Assembly (NCBI GenBank): GCA_020848905.1
Contig: JADLHG010000054.1
Location: 1-64,000 of the forward strand
DNA length: 64,000 bases
Direction of reading: 5' to 3'
Source: Deltaproteobacteria bacterium
GTDB lineage: Bacteria > Myxococcota_A > Polyangia > GCA-2747355 > JADLHG01
How positions within the stretch are numbered: position 1 is the first letter of the stretch; each line of letters starts with the position of its first letter. The notes under the pieces were generated by a model. The model worked only from the letters and a program-made list of their open reading frames with translations, made no database searches and had not been told where the DNA came from. Shown here piece by piece: positions 48,738-58,613 of the stretch. Position numbers and translations under genes: made by a program.

Positions 48738-50468
48738 TCAGGGCTGCAGCTTCAGCACGTCCACGCGGTGGATGATCTCCTTGTTGGTGATCCAGAGCGC
48801 GTGGCGGACGGTCTTGCCCTCGCGACCGTAGTCCATCCAATTCTCCCCGCCGAACAGCCCGGAGGATGGAGCGCGCGAGGAGTCCCAGGTCAGGACCACC
48901 GGCCGCTCCTGGCTGGCGCCGATCGGCGCGATGAGATCCTCGATCCCGCTGCGGCTAATCGTCTGCGAGTAGCGGATCTCGCTCCACACGGACTTCGGGC
49001 TCCAGCGGTCGCCGGCGGTGTAGAAGTAGTAGTCGCGCTCCGCGACGTCCGCGGGCAGCGCCTCGTTCCGTCGCGCGGCCGACTGCACCGCCACCCGCAC
49101 GTCCCGGTCCTTGCGTCCCGCCGTCACGATCAGCTCGCCGATCACCCGGTCTCGGGTGTTGCGCGCCGTCGGGAGCGGCTCGAAGTAGCGCACGCCCCCC
49201 TTCTCGCGCATCCAGCCCACCTGCTGGCTGCCGCCGCGCTGCTTGTCCCAGAACGCCGCGACCTCGCCGTCGATCTTCTTCAGGCGCAGCGCGCCGCGCC
49301 CGAAGACGAAGGACATCCAGTGGCTCGGCGTCTTGAACTTGGCCCAGTACCCATCGAGCCCCTTGAGCGAATCCACGCGGACCGGCTGGCCCTGGTGGTC
49401 CACGAGCTCGGTGCGGCGGAAGAAATCGTCGGCGACCTGCCAGGCCGCCTCGGGCACGGTCTTGCGCTTGAGCGCACGCTTCTGGGTGCGCACCCAGGTG
49501 TTCCGCTCGTGGCGGGCCTGCACCGCGTTCTTCAGGCCCGGGCCGAAGACGGCCACGCTGTACTTGGCAATGCCACCATCGACGAGCAGCCGATGCTGCG
49601 CCCACTGTCCCTCGGGGAGCGGGTTGCCCTTGGCGTCCTTGCGTGACCGCCAGGAGACGGGCAGCGGTCGCTCGTTTTCGTTCGCGCGGTTGAACTCGGG
49701 CCGCTCGAGCGCCAGGGCCACCTCGGCGTCGGAGGGCGCGTAGGGGCTCCCCGCGCGCCCCTTTCGACCCTTCGCCGGGCGCAGCACGCGCCGCAGGACC
49801 TCGGGCAGTCCGGCGTCGACCGACTCGAGCATGCCGGAGGAGGGCGGAATCGAGTTGTAGACGCGTTCGCCGGTCTTCCAGTGGTAGGTGGCGGTCTCGA
49901 AGGCCGTGCGATAGAGCCCGTCCTCGGTGGTTTCCCACGACCGCGCCGGGTCGGGTCGCCGGTAGTCGCTGGCCTCGAGATTTAGCTGCTTGATCAGCGC
50001 CTCCCCGATCGACTGGTTGCGCAGCTGGACGGCCTCCGTCGTCGGCACGAACTGCGCGCGCCGGCCGCGGCCGAGGATCACGCCCAGTGGGCGCGCCTGC
50101 TCGAGGCTCGCCCCCCAGAGGACCTGCGTGCCGCCGGCGACGGACCGATAGTGCGCCTCGCCCGGCCCGAACATGGCGGCCAGGACGCCCGCGGGAGTGA
50201 CGCCCTTCGCGTAGTAGGGCTCGAGACCCGAGAGCCCGACAGTCAGCGGGTTCTTGGCCACCAGCCGCCCGTTCTCCTGCCGGTAGCCCGAGAACTGGGC
50301 CAGGTGATCGGCCACGAGATAGATGCGGCGCTCGGCGGTCTTGCCCGTGCGCCGGAGCTCCGTCCCGGCGGGGCCTTTGGGCTGGGCCGCCTGGGCGCTG
50401 CCGCCCGAGGCGAGCAGGGCCAGAAGGAACGCCTGAAACAACCTGGGTGCGTGTCGCGTAGGCCGCAT
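48738..50468 (-). CDS. secreted hypothetical protein (576 aa)
   Basis: Signal peptide LLALLASGGSAQA. AGGAGAA Shine-Dalgarno. Confidence 0.55.
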   Translation of the reverse strand: MRPTRHAPRLFQAFLLALLASGGSAQAAQPKGPAGTELRRTGKTAERRIYLVADHLAQFSGYRQENGRLVAKNPLTVGLSGLEPYYAKGVTPAGVLAAMFGPGEAHYRSVAGGTQVLWGASLEQARPLGVILGRGRRAQFVPTTEAVQLRNQSIGEALIKQLNLEASDYRRPDPARSWETTEDGLYRTAFETATYHWKTGERVYNSIPPSSGMLESVDAGLPEVLRRVLRPAKGRKGRAGSPYAPSDAEVALALERPEFNRANENERPLPVSWRSRKDAKGNPLPEGQWAQHRLLVDGGIAKYSVAVFGPGLKNAVQARHERNTWVRTQKRALKRKTVPEAAWQVADDFFRRTELVDHQGQPVRVDSLKGLDGYWAKFKTPSHWMSFVFGRGALRLKKIDGEVAAFWDKQRGGSQQVGWMREKGGVRYFEPLPTARNTRDRVIGELIVTAGRKDRDVRVAVQSAARRNEALPADVAERDYYFYTAGDRWSPKSVWSEIRYSQTISRSGIEDLIAPIGASQERPVVLTWDSSRAPSSGLFGGENWMDYGREGKTVRHALWITNKEIIHRVDVLKLQP

Positions 50469-50665
50469 GGTGTTCTCCTGGGCGGCGAGAGAGCACGGCT
50501 CGTGCCAAGCGACAGAAGCAAAAACGCGTTATGTCATAGTTGTTTGAGCGCTGTGCAGACAGACGTTGGCGGCCCCCGTCCCCTGCCCTCCTGGCCGCTC
50601 TCCTGGCCAGGGGCGCCCCTGCCAGGCTATGCTACGGGCCGAACCCGTACCTGGAGCGATTTCCG

Positions 50666-50860
50666 ATGCTGAAGAAGATGATCATCTCGCTGGCCGCCGG
50701 TCTGACCCTCAGCCTGGCTGCGATGCCGGCCGCCGACGCCTGCCCCTGCAAGGGGGACAAGAAGGCCGACTGCGCCTGCAAGGGCAAGGGCGCGAACGGC
50801 GCGTGTGAGTGCGCGAAGGGGGGCAAGGGGGCCAAGGGCGGCGCCGAGAAGGGCAAGTAG
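50666..50860 (+). CDS. small secreted Cys-rich peptide (CxC repeats, Lys/Gly-rich)
   Basis: 64 aa. Signal peptide MLKKMIISLAAGLTLSLAAMPAADA, then CPCKGDKKADCACKGKGANGACECAKGGKGAKGG. Confidence 0.45.
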   Translation: MLKKMIISLAAGLTLSLAAMPAADACPCKGDKKADCACKGKGANGACECAKGGKGAKGGAEKGK

Positions 50861-50982
50861 CGCCCCTCCGATTCTCGACGGGCCTGCCTGGCGAGGGGGA
50901 CCAAGCAGGGCCTGGCTGAGCACTCCTTTCCAAGCGATAAAACGCGATCTTAGCCGACCCGCGGGTTGGCCCTCGCCGTGCA

Positions 50983-51657
50983 ATGCGCCAGGGCGGGATG
51001 CAGCTCCGTCGCGCCATCGTGCTCGCGTTCGTGCTGGTCGGCTGGGCCGGCCCGGCGCTGGCTCGCCAGGTCGAGAACCTCGAGACACGCTACCCGCGTG
51101 GCGAGTCGATCGGCGTGGGCGCGGGCAAGGAGGTCTTCGCCGTGGTGGGGCGGCCGGAGCTCGCGCTCGTCGTGGCGCGCATGCACCCCTGGGCGCTCGA
51201 CCACTGGAAGCAGGAGCTACGGCTGCAGAAGGTCTTCGCGCGGCTCGGCTTCCCCGTGGTGGAGGTGCTGGAACTCGGGAAGAGCGGCGACGGCCGTCCG
51301 GCGATGGTCCAGCCCCGCTACGCGATGGGGACCAAGGACTACTGCGTGCGCGGAGGACGGCGTCTGGTCAGCGCGCGCACGGCGAGTGACTGGGCCCGAC
51401 TGCTCGAGCTCGGCGAGCGCCACGGGATCTGGCCGCAAGACCCGCAGGGGCTGCTCGGCTTCGACGGCTCGCTCGTGCTGGCCGACTTCGGCTACGGGCT
51501 GAACATCTGGGGACGCGGTTCCCCGGAGCGGGAGGCGGCGCTGCAGGAACTTCGTTCGTCGGGCTCCCAGCCGCCACGGATCGACGGAGGCCGTCCGTAC
51601 GTGCTCCAGCTCTACGGCCTCATGCTGGCGGACGTCACTCCGCCGGCTCCACGCTGA
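50983..51657 (+). CDS. secreted hypothetical protein with kinase-like motifs
   Basis: Signal peptide. IGVGAGKEVFAV ... HGIWPQDPQ ... LADFGYG. Confidence 0.45.
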   Translation: MRQGGMQLRRAIVLAFVLVGWAGPALARQVENLETRYPRGESIGVGAGKEVFAVVGRPELALVVARMHPWALDHWKQELRLQKVFARLGFPVVEVLELGKSGDGRPAMVQPRYAMGTKDYCVRGGRRLVSARTASDWARLLELGERHGIWPQDPQGLLGFDGSLVLADFGYGLNIWGRGSPEREAALQELRSSGSQPPRIDGGRPYVLQLYGLMLADVTPPAPR

Positions 51658-51672
51658 CCGTCGGGGCGACCC

Positions 51673-53256
51673 ATGCAGAAAGAACTTCTCCTCGGAGATG
51701 AGGCGGTGGCCCAGGCCGCGCTGCACGCGGGGATTGGCGGCGCCTTCGCCTACCCCGGTACTCCGGCCACGGAGATCTTCGAACACGTCGAGCGGGTCGT
51801 GCGCCGGCACGCGCTGCCCGTGGCTACCGTCTGGTCCACGAACGAGAAGGTGGCCTACGAAGAGGCCCTCGGCATGTCCTACGCGGGACGCCGCGCGCTG
51901 GTCTCGATGAAGCACGTCGGGCTGAACGTGGCCGCGGACCCGTTTCTCAACTCGGCCCTGAGCGGTGTGAACAGTGGATTGGTCCTGGCGGTGGCCGACG
52001 ACCCCGGCATGCACTCCTCGCAGAACGAGCAGGACAGTCGGGTCTACGGAGATTTCGCCCAGGTGCCGATCTTCGAGCCCGCCACGCAGCAAGAGGCCTA
52101 CGACCTGACGCTCAAGGCCTTCGCCGCGTCGGAGGCGCTCGGGCTGCCGGTGATGCTCCGTCTCGTGACGCGGCTCGCGCACAGCCGGGCCGGGGTCGCG
52201 CCGCACGGAGCGCCCGTCGAAGGCGCGGCGCTGCCGCAGCGACCGCTCCCCGACCCGAGCAACTGGACCCTCGTCCCGGCCAACGCGCGGCGGCGCTTCG
52301 CCGAGCTGACGCGCCTGCAGGCGCGTCTCGTGGCCGAGTCGGAGTGCGCGCCGGAAAACGAGCTCATCCTGGCGGGGCGGCGCGGGGTGATCGCCGCGGG
52401 GCACGCGGTGACCTACGTGCGCGAGGCGCTGGGTGGCGCGACCGATCGCTCGCTGCTCAAGGTCGGCCGCTACCCGCTCCCCGTGGCGCGGATCCGCGAG
52501 CTCGTGGACCACTGCGACGAGCTCCTCGTCGTCGAGGAGAGCTACCCCTTCATCGAGCGCCGGCTGACGGGGCTCCTCGGCCTGCCGGGGAAGGCCGTGC
52601 GCGGCAAGCTCACCGGGGACCTCCCCCCGACGGGCGAGCTGACTCCCGAGCTCGTGGCGCGAGCGCTCGGCCTCGAGACGCGCGCGACGGGTACGGCGCT
52701 TTCGGACCTCGCGAACCGCCCGCCCCAGCTCTGCCGGGGTTGTCCGCACGCCGACTCCTTCAAGGCCCTCGTCGAGGCGGTGGCCACCTTCGCGAACCCG
52801 CTCCTCTTCAGCGACATCGGCTGCTACACCCTCGGCGTGATGCCGCCGTATCGCGCGGTCCACGCCTGCGTGGACATGGGCGCCTCGATTGCCATGGCCC
52901 ACGGCGCGGCGCGGGCCGGGGCCTACCCCGTCCTCTGCACCATCGGCGATTCCACCTTCGGGCACTCCGGCATGACGGCGCTGCTGAGCGCGCTGCACGA
53001 TAACGCCGATTGCACGGTGCTCCTCCTCGATAACTCGGCCGTGGCCATGACCGGCGTGCAGCCGAGCCACACCACGGGGGAGCGACTCCTCGCCATCCTG
53101 CGCGGGCTCGGCGTTCCCGAGGCCCACTTGCACGTGATCGAGCCGCACCCGAAGCACCACGCGGAGAACGTGGCGCTGCTCAAGCAGGCCATCGCCCACC
53201 GCGGGCTGAGCGTGGTGGTGGCCGAGCGCGCCTGCATCCACCTGAAGACCCACTGA
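51673..53256 (+). CDS. indolepyruvate/2-oxoacid:ferredoxin oxidoreductase alpha-subunit-like (TPP-binding)
   Basis: N-terminus MQKELLLGDEAVAQAALHAGIGGAFAYPGTPATEI is typical of IorA-type enzymes. CRGCPH motif. GDSTFGHSG TPP-binding region. Confidence 0.75.
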   Translation: MQKELLLGDEAVAQAALHAGIGGAFAYPGTPATEIFEHVERVVRRHALPVATVWSTNEKVAYEEALGMSYAGRRALVSMKHVGLNVAADPFLNSALSGVNSGLVLAVADDPGMHSSQNEQDSRVYGDFAQVPIFEPATQQEAYDLTLKAFAASEALGLPVMLRLVTRLAHSRAGVAPHGAPVEGAALPQRPLPDPSNWTLVPANARRRFAELTRLQARLVAESECAPENELILAGRRGVIAAGHAVTYVREALGGATDRSLLKVGRYPLPVARIRELVDHCDELLVVEESYPFIERRLTGLLGLPGKAVRGKLTGDLPPTGELTPELVARALGLETRATGTALSDLANRPPQLCRGCPHADSFKALVEAVATFANPLLFSDIGCYTLGVMPPYRAVHACVDMGASIAMAHGAARAGAYPVLCTIGDSTFGHSGMTALLSALHDNADCTVLLLDNSAVAMTGVQPSHTTGERLLAILRGLGVPEAHLHVIEPHPKHHAENVALLKQAIAHRGLSVVVAERACIHLKTH

Positions 53257-53269
53257 GAGAGACGACGCC

Positions 53270-56248
53270 GTGGAGCACAACATCCTTCTCGCGGGCGTGG
53301 GGGGGCAGGGCATTCTCTCGATCGCGCAGGCCATCTCGGGGGCAGCGCTCCGGCGCGGGCTCGAGGTGCGCCAGGCCGAGCTGCACGGCATGAGCCAGCG
53401 CGGCGGCGTGGTGCAGGCGCACCTCCGCATCGCCGACCACGTGCTGCACAGCGACCTCATCCCCGCGGGGCGCGCCGACCTCCTCATCTCCGTCGAGCCG
53501 CTCGAGGCGCTGCGCTACGTGCACCTGCTCGCCGACGGGGCGTCGCTCGTCTCGAGCGTCAACGCCTTCGTCAACCTCACGGGCTATCCGGCCGTCGAGG
53601 GGCTGCTCGCGCGACTCGCGGCGCATCCGCGCCACGTGCTCATCGACGCCGAGCGCCTCGCGCGGGCGGCCGGCTCGGGGCGCGCGGCCAACGTCGTGCT
53701 CCTTGGCGCGGCCTCGCTCTTCGTCGAGCTCGCCGCGGACGAGCTCGAGGCGGCGGTGGCCGGGCTCTTCGCCGAAAAGGGGGGCGCGCTGGCTGAGGCC
53801 AACCGGCGGGCCTTTCGCTTCGGCCGCCACGCGGCGCGCACCTACCTCGACGGCGTGGCCCGCGGCGCGAGCTCGGCCGCGGTGCGCCACTTCATCGAGA
53901 CCCTCTCCCCCGAGCACCTCGCCGCGGCCGAGCGCCCCGACGAACCGGTCTTCCCCGTCGAGCCCTTCGAGGAGCGGCTCTCGGGGGCCGAGGAGCACGC
54001 GGTGGCCCTGTCGCTCAAGGCCGCGCTGGCGGAGGGCCGCACGCAGCTCTTCGAGCACGAGGTCTACACCATCGTGCAGCTCGTGGGGGCCATCGCGCCG
54101 CCCGAGCACCTCTTCGTCAGCCACCACGAGCTCCCCACCGACGAGGCGCTGGCGCAGCTCCCGGGCGACCAGGTGGTGCTGAAGGTCGTCTCTCCGGAGG
54201 TGGTGCACAAGAGCGACGCCGGCGGAGTCGTCTTCGTGCGCAAGGACGGCGACGTCGTACGCGCCGCGCTCGACCGACTCTTCGCGCGTCACGCCGAGGC
54301 GGACGTGAGGGGGGTGCTGATCGTCGAGCGCGTGCCCCAGGCTGCCGCGGGTCTCGGGAGCGAGCTCTTCGTCGGACTGCGGGCCACGCGCGAGTTCGGC
54401 CCCGTGCTCGCGGCGGGGCTCGGCGGGCTCGATACCGAGTACCTGGCGCAGAAGATGCGCCCCGGGCTGGCGGTGGCCAAGGCCCTGGCGAGCGAGGTCA
54501 CGGCCGAGGAGTTTCTGACCCTCTTTCAGCGGACGGCGGCCTACGAGCTGCTGGCGGGGCGCGTGCGCGGGCACGAGCGGTTGGTCGGCGACGGAGAGCT
54601 CGTGCGCTGCTTCCGCGCCTTCCTGCTCCTCGCCCGCCACTTCGCCACCGCGCGCGACGAGGGGCCGTCGCTCGTCGAGCTCGAGGTGAACCCCTTCGCC
54701 TTTCGCCACGCGCGGCTCGTACCGCTCGACGGGCGGGGACGCCTCGGGACCGCGGCGCGCGCCAAAACGCCCAGGCCGCGGCAGAAGCTCCGCGCGCTCC
54801 TCGAGCCCGGGCGCGTCGGAGTGATAGGCGTCTCGAGCTCCGCCGCGAGCTTCGGCCACATCATCCTCTCCAACGTGCAGCGGGCGGGTTTTCCGCGCGA
54901 GCGGCTCACGGTGATCAAGCCGGGGGTCACCGAGCTCGACGGCGTGGCCTGCGTACCGAGCCTGACGGCTCTCGAGGAGCCCGTCGATCTCCTGGTGGTC
55001 GCGGTGGGAGCCGAGCAGCTCCCGGCGATCGCGAAGGAGGTGGTGGAGAGCGGCAAGGTCCAGTCGGCGATTCTCATCCCGGGGGGGGCCGGCGAGACGA
55101 AGGGGAGCGAGGCGCTGGCCGAGGAGCTGCGGCGGATCGTGGCCTCAGGTCGCGCGCGTCCCGACGGGGGCCCGCTCTTCCTCGGGCCGAACAGCCTGGG
55201 GGTCGTCTCGCGCCCCGGCCGCTACGATACGTTCTTCGTGCCCGAGAGCCGCATGGACAAGCGCTTCGAGGCGCGGGCGCGTCCCGTCGCACTCGTCTCG
55301 CAGAGCGGGGCCTTCATCGTCAGCCGCCTGAGCAACCTGGAGACGCTCGACCCGGCCTTCGCCATCTCGATCGGCAACCAGCTCGACCTGACGCCGGCCG
55401 ACCTGCTCTCGGCTCTCGCGGAGCGCAGCGACGTGAAGGTCGTGGCGATCTACGCCGAGGGCTTCGGCGACGAAGAGGGGCTAGAGCTGGTGCGGGAGAT
55501 CGACGCCGCCACGCGGCGGGGCACGCAGGTGCTCTTCTACAAGGCCGGGCGCACGGCCGAGGGGCGCAGCGCGGCCGCGGGGCACACGGCGTCGGTGGCC
55601 GGCGACTACGACGTCTGCACCGCCGCCGCGACCGAAGCGGGGGCGCTCGTCACGGACACCTTTCGCGAGCTCGAGCAGCTCCTCGAGCTCTGCGCGTTCC
55701 TCTGTGACAAGCGGCCCGCGGGGACGGCGCTCGGTGCGATCTCGAACGCCGGCTTCGAGGCGGTGGGGATCGCCGACGCGCTCGTCGGACCGCGGTGGCA
55801 GCTCACCTTGCCCACGCTAGCGGCCGGGACGATGGAGGCGCTGCGCGCGGCCCTCGAGCTACACGGCCTGACGCGGCTCGTGACGCCCAGGAATCCGCTG
55901 GACCTCACCCCGATGGCCACCGACGCCGCGTACGAGGCGGCGGCGCGCGCCTTCCTCGCCGACCCCGGTCTCGACGCGCTGGTGGTCGGGATCGTGCCGC
56001 TCACGGCCACCCTGAAGAGCGTGCCCGGAGAGCTCGCCTCCGAGGAGAGTCTGGCCCGCCGCCTGCCCGCGCTGCTCGCCGGCTCGGACAAACCGCTCGT
56101 GGCGGTGGTGGACGCGGGGCCCCGCTACGAGCCGCTCGTCTCGGCGCTACGCGCGGGAGGCGTCCCGGTCTGTCGCTCGGCGGATCAGGCGATCCGTTCG
56201 GTGGGCCGCTACCTCACGCAGCATCAGACCGTCTGGAGCCGGCGCTGA
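53270..56248 (+). CDS. fusion of an IorB-like gamma/beta subunit with NDP-forming acyl-CoA synthetase domains (ATP-grasp plus CoA-binding/ligase-CoA)
   Basis: N-terminal about 190 aa MEHNILLAGVGGQGILS (pyruvate/ketoisovalerate-OR gamma-like). Middle ATP-grasp segment (VVLKVVSPEVVHKSDAGGVVF). C-terminal CoA-binding Rossmann segment (RVGVIGVSSS...PGGAGET). GTG start. Confidence 0.75.
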   Translation: MEHNILLAGVGGQGILSIAQAISGAALRRGLEVRQAELHGMSQRGGVVQAHLRIADHVLHSDLIPAGRADLLISVEPLEALRYVHLLADGASLVSSVNAFVNLTGYPAVEGLLARLAAHPRHVLIDAERLARAAGSGRAANVVLLGAASLFVELAADELEAAVAGLFAEKGGALAEANRRAFRFGRHAARTYLDGVARGASSAAVRHFIETLSPEHLAAAERPDEPVFPVEPFEERLSGAEEHAVALSLKAALAEGRTQLFEHEVYTIVQLVGAIAPPEHLFVSHHELPTDEALAQLPGDQVVLKVVSPEVVHKSDAGGVVFVRKDGDVVRAALDRLFARHAEADVRGVLIVERVPQAAAGLGSELFVGLRATREFGPVLAAGLGGLDTEYLAQKMRPGLAVAKALASEVTAEEFLTLFQRTAAYELLAGRVRGHERLVGDGELVRCFRAFLLLARHFATARDEGPSLVELEVNPFAFRHARLVPLDGRGRLGTAARAKTPRPRQKLRALLEPGRVGVIGVSSSAASFGHIILSNVQRAGFPRERLTVIKPGVTELDGVACVPSLTALEEPVDLLVVAVGAEQLPAIAKEVVESGKVQSAILIPGGAGETKGSEALAEELRRIVASGRARPDGGPLFLGPNSLGVVSRPGRYDTFFVPESRMDKRFEARARPVALVSQSGAFIVSRLSNLETLDPAFAISIGNQLDLTPADLLSALAERSDVKVVAIYAEGFGDEEGLELVREIDAATRRGTQVLFYKAGRTAEGRSAAAGHTASVAGDYDVCTAAATEAGALVTDTFRELEQLLELCAFLCDKRPAGTALGAISNAGFEAVGIADALVGPRWQLTLPTLAAGTMEALRAALELHGLTRLVTPRNPLDLTPMATDAAYEAAARAFLADPGLDALVVGIVPLTATLKSVPGELASEESLARRLPALLAGSDKPLVAVVDAGPRYEPLVSALRAGGVPVCRSADQAIRSVGRYLTQHQTVWSRR

Positions 56249-56371
56249 CCGCGCGCCTCGGCCTTCACAAGACGATCGGCTCGTTCCGTGCCGGGCCCTA
56301 CACGGTCGTTCACGCCGGTCGATGAAGGGTACGGTCCTCGTTTCGTCCGTTACCTCTCGAGGAGGCCGCCC

Positions 56372-56983
56372 GTGCACGTCGATCCGGACTTCTTGCCCCT
56401 CATCGTGGGATTCTCACCCGACGCGCTAGAACGCCAGGAGGGCGCGATCTACGGGCTGTGGGGTGATCTGCGCCTGGCCTACTTCAACGGCAGCTACGAA
56501 CGCTTCGCCGCGGCGAACGAGGGACGCCGGATGCTCGACGCCTGGCCGCTCGGTCGCTCGGTGCTGGACGCGGTGGCCGAGCCCCTCGTGTCCTTCTACC
56601 GCGAGCTCTTCGGGCAGACGCTCGTCTCGGGCCAGCCGCGCTCCCACGAGTACGAGTGTCCGAGCCCGACGCTGCGGCGGACCTTCCGCATGGACGTGTA
56701 CCCGGTGACGCGGAAGGAAGGCCTGCTCGTGGTGAACAGCCTCCTCGTCGAGGCGCCGCACGCCGGGGACGGAGAGCCGGCGGGTCCGCGCGAAACCTAC
56801 CGCACCGCGGACGGACTCATCGTGCAGTGCGCCCACTGCCGGCGCACCCGGCTCGGGCGAAACGACGACGTCTGGCACTGGGTCCCGGCCTTCGTGCGGA
56901 CCCCGCCCGAGGAGACGAGTCACGGGCTCTGCTACCCGTGTTTCGCCCACCACTACCCTGAGCCCGAGGAGGGCGACGCGTAG
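56372..56983 (+). CDS. hypothetical protein with C-terminal Cys/His cluster
   Basis: GTG start with GAGGAGG 5 nt upstream. CAHC...CYPC motif. Its 3' end overlaps the convergent methyltransferase gene by about 30 nt. Confidence 0.4.
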   Translation: MHVDPDFLPLIVGFSPDALERQEGAIYGLWGDLRLAYFNGSYERFAAANEGRRMLDAWPLGRSVLDAVAEPLVSFYRELFGQTLVSGQPRSHEYECPSPTLRRTFRMDVYPVTRKEGLLVVNSLLVEAPHAGDGEPAGPRETYRTADGLIVQCAHCRRTRLGRNDDVWHWVPAFVRTPPEETSHGLCYPCFAHHYPEPEEGDA

Positions 56984-58557
56984 GGCCTGAAGTCGCGCCC
57001 GAGCAGCGCGACGAGCGACGGGACCGGCACGCGTCCGAGCTCGCGCGGCTCGAGCTTCTGCAGGCCGCCGCCGTAGACGCGCCCCTCCCCTTGTAGCGCC
57101 TGTGGGTCGAGGGCGCGGAGCGCGCTCCAGAGCTCTCGACCGAGGCCGGGTCGGCGGGCGAGCTCCGCGGCCAGCGCGGGTCGGGGGTAGAGGAGCAGGT
57201 AGACGTTCGGCACCGTGGCGAGCGAATGGTTGAGCAAGAAGCGGAACGGTCGGCGCTCGCCGTGTCGCACGGCCGCGCCGCGGCCCATGTACGTGCACAC
57301 GATGGGGGCGGGGAGGCGCTGCTCTTGCGCGTACCAGGGGCGGCGGTGCCGGCAGAGGTAGCGTGACGCCGCGCGGGCCTTGCCCTCCTCGAGGTAGCGG
57401 TAGAGCGCGCGCGAACGGCGCCTCACCTCCTCGAGCGACCACGCGCAGTCGAGGAGCACGAGCCGCGGCGTGACGAGGGGTGCGCCCGTCGCGTCCGCGG
57501 CGATCTCGTCCAGCTCGCCGAGAAAGCGGGGGCCCGGCAGGATCGGGCGCAACACTTCCGGGGGCAGGCCCAGCGCGCGCGCGCGTTCCGCCTCCAGGAT
57601 GAAGTAGCGGTTGTCGCCCGTGGCGATTCCCCGACGGACCTCGAAGAGCTCCGCGAGCCGCGGGGTGTGGTCGGCGACGCTCGATCGAGGCGCCTGCCCG
57701 AGGCGCGGCCACTTGTCCGCGCGCGCGAGCTCCTCCGCCGACGCGTCCAGCCGCGCGGAGGGCCGGGCGAGCGAGTCCCCTTCGGTGAGCTCCACCCGAT
57801 GCCCCGCGCCCGGCGGCTCCTTGCGGTAGGCCAGCACGGCCGAGGTCACCAGCGCATCGCCGAACTGTTCTTCGTCCGGGCGGAAGCGATGCAGGCGGAG
57901 CAGCGTGACGCGCTCGGCCAGGTACCGCCTGAGCGGCGCCCCCCAGGCCACCTCGCAGACCTCCGCGGGCAGAAGCCACACGGCGACTCCGCCGTCGCGC
58001 AGCCATGGATCGGCCAGCCCCACGAAGTAGCCGTAGAGCCCCGCGAGCCCGCCGAGCCGCATCCCCGAGGCCGCCTCGCACCGTCGCCGGAGCCGCGTCT
58101 TGTCCGCTGCGGACAGGTGGTGGTGGCGCGAGTAGGGCGGGTTGCAGACGAGGAGGTTCGCGCGCTCGGCCTCTCGCGTCGGCGCGGTACGCCGCGTGAA
58201 GTCTCCCTGCACGAGCTCGAGCGCGCTCCGTCGCCACAGCCGTGCCGCGGGCCCGGCGTAGTGCGCGTCGCGCTCCACCCCGCGGGCCCAGGCGATGCGC
58301 GGCGGCTCGAGCTGCGCGCGCAGCGCCTCGTAGAAGGCCCCCGTGCCGAAGGCCGGGTCGAGAAAGCGCACGCGCGGCCCAGGCGGCAGCCACGCGAGCC
58401 CGAGTCGCACCACCTCGCGCGCCAGGCCGGGCGGCGTGGCGAACTGCCCGAGCCGGTTACGCTCGGTCGCGCTCTTACGCCCGTCGAGCTCGGCCTGCAG
58501 CGCGAGCCGTCCCCCGTCGACGCCGCTCCCCTCCCTTCTCGGCGTGCCTGTCCGCAT
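56953..58557 (-). CDS. Eco57I-family N6-adenine DNA methyltransferase
   Basis: FATPPGLAREVV, DPAFGTGAF (SAM motif I), NPPY (motif IV), and a C-terminal TaqI-C-like region. 534 aa. No adjacent nuclease or restriction partner recognised. Confidence 0.75.
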   Translation of the reverse strand: MRTGTPRREGSGVDGGRLALQAELDGRKSATERNRLGQFATPPGLAREVVRLGLAWLPPGPRVRFLDPAFGTGAFYEALRAQLEPPRIAWARGVERDAHYAGPAARLWRRSALELVQGDFTRRTAPTREAERANLLVCNPPYSRHHHLSAADKTRLRRRCEAASGMRLGGLAGLYGYFVGLADPWLRDGGVAVWLLPAEVCEVAWGAPLRRYLAERVTLLRLHRFRPDEEQFGDALVTSAVLAYRKEPPGAGHRVELTEGDSLARPSARLDASAEELARADKWPRLGQAPRSSVADHTPRLAELFEVRRGIATGDNRYFILEAERARALGLPPEVLRPILPGPRFLGELDEIAADATGAPLVTPRLVLLDCAWSLEEVRRRSRALYRYLEEGKARAASRYLCRHRRPWYAQEQRLPAPIVCTYMGRGAAVRHGERRPFRFLLNHSLATVPNVYLLLYPRPALAAELARRPGLGRELWSALRALDPQALQGEGRVYGGGLQKLEPRELGRVPVPSLVALLGRDFRPYASPSSGSG

Positions 58558-58613
58558 CGCCGCCCGACTCTAGGTGTTCGCCGCGAAATAACCAGCGCAT
58601 TCCGCGGTGGGCC

